A stretch of 64,000 bases of DNA from a virus (Duplodnaviria; Caudoviricetes). Numbering within the stretch: the first letter of the stretch is position 1; each line of letters begins with the position of its first letter. The position numbers and the translations under genes were made by a program. The notes below the pieces were generated by a model, which ran no database searches, was not told the DNA's origin, and was given only the letters and a program-made list of their open reading frames with translations. The stretch is from IMG/VR virus record IMGVR_UViG_3300036987_000310, positions 32,001 through 96,000 of that record, one strand, 5' to 3'. Positions 47,790 through 57,077 of this stretch are shown here, in pieces.

Positions 47790-48131
47790 ATGACAACCGG
47801 GCAATTTTGGTCCAGAGTATACACCACAGACTTTGACCTCTTTGAAGGAGATCTTGTTAACGGACCAATCAACACTGCGTTGAAAGCCGCTTTTGTCGAT
47901 GCATGTTTTGCGGTGGAAAGTGTCGGGGCGGGCTCGAGGCCCGGTTCCCTTGCGTCCGTGACTATTTCGATGACTGAAGACGGGGACTATCGCCTAGAGG
48001 CTGTTTCGGAAGGGAAGTCTTATGCGATTGTTACACAAAAATGTCACAAGTGTTTAGCAACAATCCATGGGGACTTGCACCCGTTCAACGGGTGTGACGA
48101 AGTCCTTTTGGAAGAAATTCATAACAGTTAG
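47790..48131 (+). CDS. Hypothetical protein with C-terminal CxxC/H/C cluster
   Basis: In-frame ATG at 47790; CHKC...H...C. Confidence 0.55.
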   Translation: MTTGQFWSRVYTTDFDLFEGDLVNGPINTALKAAFVDACFAVESVGAGSRPGSLASVTISMTEDGDYRLEAVSEGKSYAIVTQKCHKCLATIHGDLHPFNGCDEVLLEEIHNS

Positions 48132-49030
48132 ACCGAAGCCAGTTTTTTGGCAATTCTGGCAAGCTTCGATGCGTTTTTCTTTTCCGCGGTCAAGGATTCG
48201 AACATGGCGGTGATGAGCTCGTGCGCATACGAACTCCATACGTTTGTTTCAGCAATGTTTGACGTCAGGTCATAAGACGCCAACGAAGACGCAGCTTTTT
48301 TAAACTTTTCGGAATCAAACCCGTCCGCGTCATGAGCCATTTCCATGATTTTCTGCGCGTTCTCCATCACGCTGTCTTTGGCAAACTTTAGCCCTTTTAG
48401 CGCAGACGAATCCGTGAGAAGGTCCATGCTGTATGCCTGAAAATCTGACTTCGCCTCCAAAGCATTCTTGAAAGCTCTTTTCATCTCCGGATCTAGACTG
48501 GAGTTGTTTATGTCAGCAACTTTTATATGGTCTCTTTTGGTCAGGTTTATTGGTGGCGGCAATGCCGCCACCCGGAAGGCGATCCTGACAAGTGTCGACA
48601 AACGCGGGCTGCCCAAGCTTTTGTCGATGACCCTATACATTTCTGATATTAGACCATGCATTTCGAAAACCCAACTGCTTGCCTCTTGAGGCAGTTCTGG
48701 CCCCATCATGAACTCATATGACGCTAGCTTGTTGAACGCGTCATTGTATCTCAGCCAGTCAGCATCTGGAACTTGAGCTTTCACTTGTTTCATCAAATGT
48801 TGGATCACGTCCAGAAGAGGTCCCTGACGCATTTTTAAGTTTCTGAAGACTTTTGCATCCGTGATGCTTTGACGACTTGGGATTGCTGCAAGAACGTCTT
48901 CTCTAGTTTTCAGCGCTTTCTTGAACGCTCTTTTCCACTCGTCCGGAATTTTAGACATTTCCAAGGCGCCAATGTACAAATGCGGGCCGGTGATGTCGAT
49001 TCTTGGCGGCTTAGACGACGTTCTGACCAT
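48128..49030 (-). CDS. Two-repeat helical hypothetical protein, possible internal virion protein
   Basis: Two ~140-aa units (PP-I-----H...KRAFKxAL...LASY...H-LI--M...L-RIA--(V/L)A). Confidence 0.7.
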   Translation of the reverse strand: MVRTSSKPPRIDITGPHLYIGALEMSKIPDEWKRAFKKALKTREDVLAAIPSRQSITDAKVFRNLKMRQGPLLDVIQHLMKQVKAQVPDADWLRYNDAFNKLASYEFMMGPELPQEASSWVFEMHGLISEMYRVIDKSLGSPRLSTLVRIAFRVAALPPPINLTKRDHIKVADINNSSLDPEMKRAFKNALEAKSDFQAYSMDLLTDSSALKGLKFAKDSVMENAQKIMEMAHDADGFDSEKFKKAASSLASYDLTSNIAETNVWSSYAHELITAMFESLTAEKKNASKLARIAKKLASV

Positions 49031-49065
49031 ATACAGGGGTCAACATTAGAAGTGTACTGTTCTTT

Positions 49066-49671
49066 GTGGATCGAACATCGGACCAGGAATGGGTTCAAGA
49101 GCGCATACGAGCTGTGTCAAGACAGTATGGGGCTTTTGACGCGTTGACTGAAGAAGGGATTGAGCTGGAGGATAAAAATTCGACTGTTCAAATTCCGTGT
49201 CCTCTTCCCGGTCACGGGCCTGACAACAGGCCGTCTGCCAGGTACTATGCCGCTGAAGGGTCCAATTCAGAACACTTCTTTTGTTTTAAGTGCAAAGTTA
49301 GATTGGACGGCATCGGCCTCATGGCAAAAATGCGCGGCATGGAGTTTATGCGCGCTTTGTCGGAGCTTGAGAGACGATTTGGCATAAAGACCCCGCGGCG
49401 TCCAGAGGCGGACATTGGCATACCGGCAGACAAAAGCGGGTTGTATGAATCTGAAGCGTGGGCAGACGTGCCACGCGTCTTGTCGATCCTGGAGAAAAAG
49501 CTCAAGAGACTTCGACACAGAGTTGCAATGCTCGACTATGTCAAATGGTGTAGAGTGTTGGATGCGATGCAGTGGGATTTGGATCGTGGAGCTGCTCCCA
49601 CCATCATGGTGCCCACTCTCATGAAGCTCAAAACATTGATGGACAACGCCGGGCAAGATGCAGATCTTTGA
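49066..49671 (+). CDS. Stand-alone CHC2 zinc-finger (DnaG N-terminal-like) protein
   Basis: IPCPLPGHGPDNRPSA...FFCFKCK...EFMRALSELERRFGI; no TOPRIM domain. Confidence 0.75.
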   Translation: MDRTSDQEWVQERIRAVSRQYGAFDALTEEGIELEDKNSTVQIPCPLPGHGPDNRPSARYYAAEGSNSEHFFCFKCKVRLDGIGLMAKMRGMEFMRALSELERRFGIKTPRRPEADIGIPADKSGLYESEAWADVPRVLSILEKKLKRLRHRVAMLDYVKWCRVLDAMQWDLDRGAAPTIMVPTLMKLKTLMDNAGQDADL

Positions 49672-50116
49672 GTATTCTTTGAGCCTTTGCACTGGGGAAA
49701 CGATAAAAGTGTCTGAGATATCGATGGGGGCTCTCGATAAATTTGAGAAGGCGGCTTTCAAGGATCCAGCGGCTTTCAAGGCAATGTCCAGCGTGGTGTC
49801 TCTATGTACGAAGGCTCCTCGTCAAGCGATGGAAGACGCAAAAATCGGGCACACGAAGCCTCTCGAGAAGCTTTTGGGAACGCCTCCTGTGGGAACTCTC
49901 ATGAAAATAGACCGACCCGTGTGCATGAACGTATCGGACTGCGCAATGGCCGACAGTAAAAAATGCACCGCGCGTTTCTCAAAATTCCCTGAATGCTGGG
50001 ACTATTCCATGGATGTTGATGTCGATTTCACCGACAGCATGGCGGCGGCTCATGAGATCGTTAAAGAAATCGTGATGGCATGGCGCAACGGCAGGTATGT
50101 AATCATTTCCGAGTGA
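49658..50116 (+). CDS. Hypothetical Cys-rich protein
   Basis: 152 aa with a C...C...C...C cluster; overlaps the upstream stop. Confidence 0.6.
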   Translation: MQIFEYSLSLCTGETIKVSEISMGALDKFEKAAFKDPAAFKAMSSVVSLCTKAPRQAMEDAKIGHTKPLEKLLGTPPVGTLMKIDRPVCMNVSDCAMADSKKCTARFSKFPECWDYSMDVDVDFTDSMAAAHEIVKEIVMAWRNGRYVIISE

Positions 50117-51008
50117 ACTCGTAAGCGAGCTCTTCCATCAAACGTGAAGCCCTGGCCGTGAACCTCGATGGTATTTCGACTTGAACTTCGATTATCAGAT
50201 CGCCTGTTCTCCCCGTTTGCGCGTTTTTCACTCCATGTCTTAGAACAGTCAGCTGGCCCCCCGGCTGGATTCCGGCTGGAACTGGAATTTCAATGTCTGA
50301 CCCGTTCAGTCCCACAATTGACGTCATACAGCCACGAATCGCGTCCAACACTCCAATTTTGACAGTTGTGGTCAAATCGTCACCGCATCTTTTGAAGCGC
50401 GGGTGGGGGATTCCGACAATTTTGATGAAAAGATTCCCTCTTAAACGGTTGTCTGCGCTTCCAAAAAAACTGATCGTCTGACCAGCCTCCACGCCCGCTG
50501 GGATATTTACTTTTACCTCAACCTCGCCTTTGGTTTTTCCTTTTCCTCGACAGCGAGGACAAGCTTGTGCGGGAATTGTTCCAGATCCTTTGCACGTGAG
50601 ACACTGGCGAGATGTGTTATTGAATCCCCATATTCCTTTTGTTTTTCCCGTGCCTAAACAGCTCACGCACGGCATCATCGGTGTTCCGGGAACAGCTCCA
50701 GCTCCAGAACACTTTTTGCATTTTACAGATTCTACTTCCACATTGACTTTTTTGACACACCCGAAAACTGTTTCTTCCATGGTGAGACACACCACGGCTT
50801 CCATATCTTCGTCTATGAACTCCGGCTCTTCTGAAAACCTCCGGGAGTCCTTCATGGTGTTGAATGCGTCAGTTATTTCCCTGAATTGTTCCGCATTTCC
50901 GCCTTTGTCAGGGTGAAACCTGGCGACAAGCTTCCTGTAAGCTTTTTTGATGTCGTCCAAGCCGGCATCTTCCGCAACGCCAAGCACTTCATATGGCTCT
51001 CTCGGCAT
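50103..51008 (-). CDS. dnaJ: DnaJ chaperone (J domain, Zn finger, C-terminal domain)
   Basis: PYEVLGV...IKKAYRKL...HPDKGG, four CxxCxGxG repeats and a C-terminal substrate domain; no G/F-rich linker. The second ATG (51008) is favoured by -10 spacing. Confidence 0.9.
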   Translation of the reverse strand: MPREPYEVLGVAEDAGLDDIKKAYRKLVARFHPDKGGNAEQFREITDAFNTMKDSRRFSEEPEFIDEDMEAVVCLTMEETVFGCVKKVNVEVESVKCKKCSGAGAVPGTPMMPCVSCLGTGKTKGIWGFNNTSRQCLTCKGSGTIPAQACPRCRGKGKTKGEVEVKVNIPAGVEAGQTISFFGSADNRLRGNLFIKIVGIPHPRFKRCGDDLTTTVKIGVLDAIRGCMTSIVGLNGSDIEIPVPAGIQPGGQLTVLRHGVKNAQTGRTGDLIIEVQVEIPSRFTARASRLMEELAYEFTRK

Positions 51009-51047
51009 CATATAACGCTACCCGCTGGTTTCGTTGTATGATCGAAC

Positions 51048-51257
51048 ATGGCAAAGTGTCACATGTGTGCCATGGAAGCCGATGTTGTCGATTTGGAGCG
51101 GGGAGTATTTTTGTGTCGTTGCAACAGCTCCATGTTCGAACGGGTTAAAGCCCGTTTCATGTACCGATGCGTCACGTTCAACGACAATTTTTCCTCGCAC
51201 CCGCGTTGGGAGCCGTCCATTTTTGAAACAATCGTCGACCTTGTCGATGACAGCTAA
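51048..51257 (+). CDS. Small zinc-binding hypothetical protein
   Basis: CHMC...CRC; preceded by TATGAT-N5-ATG. Confidence 0.6.
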   Translation: MAKCHMCAMEADVVDLERGVFLCRCNSSMFERVKARFMYRCVTFNDNFSSHPRWEPSIFETIVDLVDDS

Positions 51258-51266
51258 GAGGTACTC

Positions 51267-54095
51267 GTGTTTTTGCAACAAGCAGACGACAAAGTCTCAA
51301 TTAGTCGCGAGTGGTTTTCTCAATACGGGTTTCACCTTGTCGACGGCATTCCCAAGCTCAAAAAGCTTGTCGACATGTGCATCAGCAGGGGTTTGTACTC
51401 CATAGACTTGGAAACCACAGGGGTCGACAATCGGATTTACAAAGACGAGTATTTCGAAGACGGAAAAGTCACAAGACATGGCATGAGAACGATCGACAGG
51501 ATCGTCGGCGTGTGCATCTCGTTTGATGGTCAGCACGGGTACTACATTCCACTGTCGCATGAGCCGGAAGACTCTGGGAACCTTCCGTGGAATGAGGCAT
51601 GGGACGAGCTTTCTAGGCTTGTCAACAGTAAAGCTCGGGCAATTTTTCACAACAAGAAGTTTGACGCAGAGTTTTTGTTCCCGGTTGTCGGGAAAGAATA
51701 TTACAAAGTAGATGAGCATGAAGACACCATGCTTTTGGCCAGAGTGATAAACCCAATCAGAAGTTCTCCTGCTGGTCTTAAGCCGCTGACGAAGATTCAT
51801 TTCGGCATTGAAATGGTAGAACTCGATGAGCTTTTCACGCCAGAGAAAAAAGAGCAGCTGCGCAAGGAGAAGAAAAAGTACAACTTTGCTCTTCTCCATC
51901 CGAGAGAAGGTCTCGAGTATGGATGTTCAGACGGGATTTTTACATACAAACTGTGGTTTTCTATGAAAGACAAAATCCACGGCCACGACTTGATGATGTA
52001 CAATCTGGAAAAGTCGTTTTGCAACGTGGTCCAGAAGATGGAGCGGAACCGCGTTCACGTGGATGTTGAACGTGTCGAACAATTGTCGGTGGAATGCGAC
52101 ACCATGTTGAAAGAGACCGGCGACACTGTCCGGAACATAATTGAGTCCAAAACAGGCAACACCGGCAAATGGCGCACTTTGAATGTCGGGTCCCCGAAAC
52201 AGCTCTCTATGGCTTTGCTTACGGACCCTGAGGGGCTGCTGCTCAAGCCAACGAAGTTCATGCTCGGCGACGATGGCGATGCGTTGTCCGACGACAACGA
52301 TGACGATGATGATGACGACGGAAGCACTGCGCAAAAGCAGTATACGCTCAAGGACGAAGCCTTGAAGTCAATGGACGCTGCTTACGGAAAGCTTTTTAAA
52401 ATCCAACGCAACGGCGTCGTTGACAAAGAAGGAAAACCGAAGCCAGAAAGCATATTTGACATTGTGCTTGAATATAGGCACTATTTGAAGATGAAGGGGT
52501 CATATATAGACAAACTCATGGCCTCGCACGACAAATATGGCGACGTTCGGCCTGTGTTTAATCAAATGGGCACGGATACAACTCGCATGTCTTCGAAAGC
52601 TGGAAAAATAGCAGACGGGTTTTCCGGCATCAACTTCCAGGGGATTCCTCGGGATTCGGACGATGACAAGCCCGAACTGTTTAAACAGATCCGCACATGC
52701 ATCATTCCGCGTCCTGGATGGTTTCTCGTGAAACTTGACTACTCTGGCGAAGAGCTTCGTGTTGTGACCAATCTGTCTGGCGACCCTGTGTGGACAAAAT
52801 CTTTTTTGCACGAAGACGGGGACGTCCATAGCATCACTTCAAAAACATTGTTCGGCAAAAGCGACGTTTCCAAAGACGAAAGAAACCGCGGCAAACGATG
52901 CAACTTTGCATTCATCTATGGCGGAGGAGCCGGAGCCATCTCTCGTAACGTCGGGTGCTCCATTGAAGACGGTAGCAGACACATGGCGAATCTTCGCGCC
53001 GCCGTGCCTGTTTTGATGGGGTATGTTGATTATCAGAAGGAGTTTGCGCGCAAACACAAATGCATATATACGGCATTTGGGCGCCGTATCCCAATCCCGA
53101 CGATAGACTCCCCGATCAGGGCGATTAGGGCTAAGGCTGAAAGATGCGCGATCAATTACACGATTCAGGCTACTAGCGCCGACGTGTTGAAATTTGCTCT
53201 ATGTCTAGTTGATAAAAAGATCCGCGAACTCAAATGGGAAGATCGCGTTCGATACGTCATGACAGTGCACGACGAAGTCGTGTATGAAGTGAAGCCGGAG
53301 TTTTTGATGGAAGTCGTCAGGAAGCTCGATGAATGGATGACGTTCCCATGGAAGCTTCCTAAGGCTCACGGCCGGGACTGGCAAGTCCCTCTCATGACTG
53401 AGCCTGGAATTGATGTCAACTGGAAGGCCAGGTATGACTATTTCAAGATGGTCGATGGCGTTCCTCCTGTTCCAAAGGACATAGTTGACGGCGTTTTTAA
53501 AGGCAAGCTGAAAAAAGACGAGTTTTTCTCAAACGGAAAAATATACCAAAAGGTACCCTCATTTCTCGATGGTTACATATACCGTTTGGAAGAGGACGCT
53601 GACTCAAGAGTACCTCAAGAGATACTCGAGCCTGATGCTGGTGTGGCTTCTTCAGGTCAAGCGCCTGAGAAAATGCCTGATGCTGGTGTGGCTTCTTCAG
53701 ATCAAGCGCCTGAGAAAATGCCTCCCGCGCCAACAGAAACGCCAACAGAGACGCTTGCGACTGACTCCCTGCCCGATATAGGCTTGGAGGTGTCGGAGCC
53801 CACTCTGGACAAAGAAAACCCCGGGAAGACAGTTATGTTGTCGGCGACTTTGACGCGAACGGGGCCTTTGGTTAAAGCGCCTGAAAATTCACCGGGACAG
53901 GTGTTCAGGTGGATTTTTGGAGCCATTCCCTCAAAATCTGCCATGAAAAAACTCCACGCCGCGTGCGTGCTTGCTGAGGGAGATGTTCCGATCCGAATTG
54001 TCAATCAAAAAGGAGACATCCTGATCAGCGAATCCGAGAAAATTCTTGTTGATGCCGCCAAATTCAAGGTGTTGGCTGAACTGTTCGGTATTTGA
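51267..54095 (+). CDS. polA: Family A DNA polymerase (3'-5' exonuclease plus polymerase, no 5'-3' exonuclease)
   Basis: ExoI DLETTG, ExoII HNKKFD, ExoIII YGCSD; motif A DYSGEELR, motif B RNRGKRCNFAFIYG (Phe at the E. coli 762 position), motif C VHDE. Confidence 0.95.
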   Translation: MFLQQADDKVSISREWFSQYGFHLVDGIPKLKKLVDMCISRGLYSIDLETTGVDNRIYKDEYFEDGKVTRHGMRTIDRIVGVCISFDGQHGYYIPLSHEPEDSGNLPWNEAWDELSRLVNSKARAIFHNKKFDAEFLFPVVGKEYYKVDEHEDTMLLARVINPIRSSPAGLKPLTKIHFGIEMVELDELFTPEKKEQLRKEKKKYNFALLHPREGLEYGCSDGIFTYKLWFSMKDKIHGHDLMMYNLEKSFCNVVQKMERNRVHVDVERVEQLSVECDTMLKETGDTVRNIIESKTGNTGKWRTLNVGSPKQLSMALLTDPEGLLLKPTKFMLGDDGDALSDDNDDDDDDDGSTAQKQYTLKDEALKSMDAAYGKLFKIQRNGVVDKEGKPKPESIFDIVLEYRHYLKMKGSYIDKLMASHDKYGDVRPVFNQMGTDTTRMSSKAGKIADGFSGINFQGIPRDSDDDKPELFKQIRTCIIPRPGWFLVKLDYSGEELRVVTNLSGDPVWTKSFLHEDGDVHSITSKTLFGKSDVSKDERNRGKRCNFAFIYGGGAGAISRNVGCSIEDGSRHMANLRAAVPVLMGYVDYQKEFARKHKCIYTAFGRRIPIPTIDSPIRAIRAKAERCAINYTIQATSADVLKFALCLVDKKIRELKWEDRVRYVMTVHDEVVYEVKPEFLMEVVRKLDEWMTFPWKLPKAHGRDWQVPLMTEPGIDVNWKARYDYFKMVDGVPPVPKDIVDGVFKGKLKKDEFFSNGKIYQKVPSFLDGYIYRLEEDADSRVPQEILEPDAGVASSGQAPEKMPDAGVASSDQAPEKMPPAPTETPTETLATDSLPDIGLEVSEPTLDKENPGKTVMLSATLTRTGPLVKAPENSPGQVFRWIFGAIPSKSAMKKLHAACVLAEGDVPIRIVNQKGDILISESEKILVDAAKFKVLAELFGI
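53631..53720 (+). repeat. 45-bp tandem duplication in the polA C-terminal linker
   Basis: cctgatgctggtgtggcttcttca(g/a... )caagcgcctgagaaaatg twice with one mismatch, encoding PDAGVASS(G/D)QAPEKM x2. Confidence 0.9.
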
Positions 54096-54131
54096 CATCA
54101 GCGAGGGCAGACCCCGTCACCACAGAAGCGA

Positions 54132-54788
54132 GTGTCTTGGCTGGAAAGACTCATTAACATGGTTGGAATGTTCGAATATGGTGAAGTTGAGTGTACGTGC
54201 TCAGACCATCTGACTAGACAAATAGCCATAAAAGTTAGTGCCCCGTGGTGCGTTGTTCAAACAGCCATGGCGATAATGCTTGGTCATGGGTTCGTAGACG
54301 CATTGTGTCTGAAGCAGCCGCTCGTGGCCTGGGTTCCGCAGATACCGCTTGATCGCTTTCAAGCTTCGGCAATTGCCGAAGTTCCAAACATGCCTGAAAG
54401 AGTTTCGGCAGTTGTTCAGGACAGGGTTTCCTCATCTTTGCAGCTGTTTGCCGACCTTGCGCAAGTGTTGAAAAACCCAGATGACGCAATCGGATTTCTC
54501 CCGATGGGAGTGTACGTGGTTTTTCAATTCCGAAGCACGTATGAAGGGTTAGCTGAGATTGTGCAAAAACTGGAGCCGATGGGGACTCCCGGCGTGCTCG
54601 AATTTCGCTATGCTGTCGCTTCAGTTTTGGCTGAAGTTCTCATCGACGCAGGAAGCATTGACAGTATCGAATTTGACGCTAACAATATACCATTTTTGCT
54701 TGGACCCGCTGCTCTTGACAATTTTTCCGATTTGGCAGCGTCCGCCATTCCCGCACAAGGACACGATTCTTTTCGCAAGGATGGATGA
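54132..54788 (+). CDS. Hypothetical protein
   Basis: 218 aa; the 3' end overlaps the convergent gene. Confidence 0.5.
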   Translation: MSWLERLINMVGMFEYGEVECTCSDHLTRQIAIKVSAPWCVVQTAMAIMLGHGFVDALCLKQPLVAWVPQIPLDRFQASAIAEVPNMPERVSAVVQDRVSSSLQLFADLAQVLKNPDDAIGFLPMGVYVVFQFRSTYEGLAEIVQKLEPMGTPGVLEFRYAVASVLAEVLIDAGSIDSIEFDANNIPFLLGPAALDNFSDLAASAIPAQGHDSFRKDG

Positions 54789-55481
54789 AAAGAGCTCAAT
54801 TCGGTGAAACGCCAGGTTTGCCGACTGTTCCATCCCAGCTGCGTTCTCCCTGCCAAACTCTATCTCATGCCACGGACCGTCCATTTGTACGAAAGACACC
54901 ACGTCTGCCAGCTTTTGTTTTGCAATTTCCACTATTTTGTCCGGGTCGGACAAATGAGCAAATGCTATTTCGTTCCCTGACAAAGCTATTAGAGCATGCT
55001 CTTTTTCTGCCTCATGGGCTGCTATGGCTAGACTTGATGTTATGCCAGGGTGCACTATGGGCCCCGCCTTGTGCAGGTCTCCATCCATGCCTCGATATTC
55101 TGGGGGATGGTAAACGTCTTTTTCCCCTATTGGCATTACAGACAGGCCGGTTTCGCAGCTGACTAGATATAAGCCAGGGGCTTTCCTTTGTTGTTCCAGC
55201 TCTTCCAGCAGCGTTCCCGCGGCTTTGTCAAGAAGATGCTCAGTTCCGGGCTTCACAAGCTCCACAGCTTTGACGAGATACGATTTCGCCTCGATGGCTT
55301 TGTCGTGAGCGGCAACCACGTCGGCAAGTTCTTGATTTTGTTGCAAAAGATTGCGCAGCTGTAGCAAATATCCAGCCACAACATCTTTTTCCACGCGCTT
55401 TGCGAGAGGAGACCCCGGAATTCGAGCCAAGACGGATCCCGGGTCGTCCCCCCATTCATAGTCATTCTTCGCCATCGTCAA
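54621..55481 (-). CDS. Hypothetical protein
   Basis: 286 aa with natural composition; coupled to the upstream minus-strand gene. Confidence 0.6.
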   Translation of the reverse strand: MTMAKNDYEWGDDPGSVLARIPGSPLAKRVEKDVVAGYLLQLRNLLQQNQELADVVAAHDKAIEAKSYLVKAVELVKPGTEHLLDKAAGTLLEELEQQRKAPGLYLVSCETGLSVMPIGEKDVYHPPEYRGMDGDLHKAGPIVHPGITSSLAIAAHEAEKEHALIALSGNEIAFAHLSDPDKIVEIAKQKLADVVSFVQMDGPWHEIEFGRENAAGMEQSANLAFHRIELFSSILAKRIVSLCGNGGRCQIGKIVKSSGSKQKWYIVSVKFDTVNASCVDENFSQN

Positions 55482-55968
55482 AAACGAAGACGCAGCCAGG
55501 CCCCGCCTCCGCCTCCTCTGTTTTTAAATTGTGGCCCCCGACCATGACCGGTTGTTCAAATGGCGTGTTGGGGGCGTTGGCCTGACGCACGGGCAGTTGC
55601 TCTTCGACTGGCGTCACTGCTTCCTTTGTGTCAGCATCTGTGTCTGGAACGTCATCATATGTCATGAATTCATCGGGCGCTGGTGATGGAACTGTCTCAA
55701 ATGACGGAGTGCTGACAATTTCTGGAATTTTCCCTGAACCAATGGGTTCGAACTTTAGGTTGGCTGCGCTTGGATTGTTTGATCTCTGCACATTTTCAAA
55801 CAAAACCGATCTCCAGTTTTTGACTCGATTGTCAAAAACTGATGCGTTCCCCCAACTCCTTGCACATTCTCTATTGGAGCACAGAGTGCAAAACTCTCGA
55901 TTAAAAGCGTCAATCGGAGCTCCTTTGAACTCTGACATGCACTCGCTCAAGTAGTCGGCTTTGTCCAT
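55462..55968 (-). CDS. Hypothetical protein with N-terminal Cys cluster and acidic tail
   Basis: C...CTLCSNREC motif; TGG-TATCGT-N6-ATG upstream. Confidence 0.65.
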   Translation of the reverse strand: MDKADYLSECMSEFKGAPIDAFNREFCTLCSNRECARSWGNASVFDNRVKNWRSVLFENVQRSNNPSAANLKFEPIGSGKIPEIVSTPSFETVPSPAPDEFMTYDDVPDTDADTKEAVTPVEEQLPVRQANAPNTPFEQPVMVGGHNLKTEEAEAGPGCVFVFDDGEE

Positions 55969-56113
55969 TAATCGACGATACCACTAAGGTGTTGCACCCT
56001 TTCGGCAAAGGTGAGTCTATCTCTGAGCTAGTCGCTTACTTGAGTAGTGAGTCAAGGTAGGACGCGAACGCATCGATCGATGAACACAGTATAATCGTAC
56101 ATGCACAAAAACA

Positions 56114-56142
56114 TTGTGCGAAGCTTGCGTCCGTGGTATGTT
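56114..56142 (+). promoter_or_regulatory. Sigma70-like promoter for the sigma-factor gene
   Basis: TTGTGC (56114-19)-N17-TATGTT (56137-42) with an extended TG. SD GGAGG precedes ATG 56170. Confidence 0.5.
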
Positions 56143-56169
56143 TAAAGTGTTTTTCGTCGGAGGTGTCAG

Positions 56170-56841
56170 ATGAGTCTGCCCATGGGGGAACGAATAAGGG
56201 TAGTTAAGACTTCTTCCAAGCCTTCAAAAGCGCCCCCGGAAAGACTTCCGTGGCCAAGGAAAGCCTCTGACGACCTTGACGTGGAACTCGGGGTTGACGT
56301 TGAGGCCAAAATTCAGGACATCACAAAGATCGTCCACAAATACTTTCGCGTGGCAGACATCCCAATGGAAGAGCTCATGCAAGAGGTTTTTGTGACGATA
56401 GTCCACAAAAACCACACGAGATCGGCCCACGATCCGCGGAAGAGCTCATTCGGCCATTATGTCTACATGATTGCAAACAACGTTTGCATAAACCTCGTTC
56501 ATCGCAAAAAGCGTTATGATAAAGAACGGGATTCCCTCGACGCCCCAAGCGGCTCTGACGATTCCAGGAGCTTGTTGGACACGCTGGACTCTTCCTCAGT
56601 TCGTCCATGGGACGAAGACCTCCTGAGCGACCATATGAAAAATATGGAGTACATCATGCGTCGTCATGGACAGAGGGACCTGGCGAGGTACATGCGAGCG
56701 GTCCGCAGCGGCGCTAGCCCAGATGTTATTAGAGAAGCGTTGTCTTGGGGTGATAGAAAGATGTCCAATAAAACAATTCGGGATTTCAGGATTCAGATAA
56801 AGATGACGCTAGGAGCGTTGTTGGACCAATCCGCAGCCTAA
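56170..56841 (+). CDS. Phage-encoded sigma70-family (ECF-like) sigma factor
   Basis: Region 2: EELMQEVFVTIV...HDPRKSSFGHYVYMIANNVCINLVHRKKR. A region-4-like HTH follows (GASPDVIREAL...SNKTIRDF). Confidence 0.75.
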   Translation: MSLPMGERIRVVKTSSKPSKAPPERLPWPRKASDDLDVELGVDVEAKIQDITKIVHKYFRVADIPMEELMQEVFVTIVHKNHTRSAHDPRKSSFGHYVYMIANNVCINLVHRKKRYDKERDSLDAPSGSDDSRSLLDTLDSSSVRPWDEDLLSDHMKNMEYIMRRHGQRDLARYMRAVRSGASPDVIREALSWGDRKMSNKTIRDFRIQIKMTLGALLDQSAA

Positions 56842-57077
56842 TTTCTGGCTTTCCAGCCGGAAATCATTTCCATATATTTGTTGATCATGCGGTCCAGCTT
56901 CATCGGCTGAACTTTTCCTTTCAAATTCATCGACAAATGGCTTCTTAGGAGTGGAAGAGCCGTTGCTGGGTTTTTTAGCAAGTCCCAACAGTTATCGCAC
57001 ACGTAAATGTCTTTTTCCAAGCCGTCTTGCTTTCCAACTCGAATTTTTCCAACAGAGTTGCAGTATTCGCACGTCAT
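56838..57077 (-). CDS. Small zinc-finger hypothetical protein
   Basis: CEYC...VCDNC; ATGA-coupled. Confidence 0.6.
   Translation of the reverse strand: MTCEYCNSVGKIRVGKQDGLEKDIYVCDNCWDLLKNPATALPLLRSHLSMNLKGKVQPMKLDRMINKYMEMISGWKARN

Noticed and set aside
54132-54788. ThyX-like call
   Set aside because: No RHR-x7-S-x-R motif is present.
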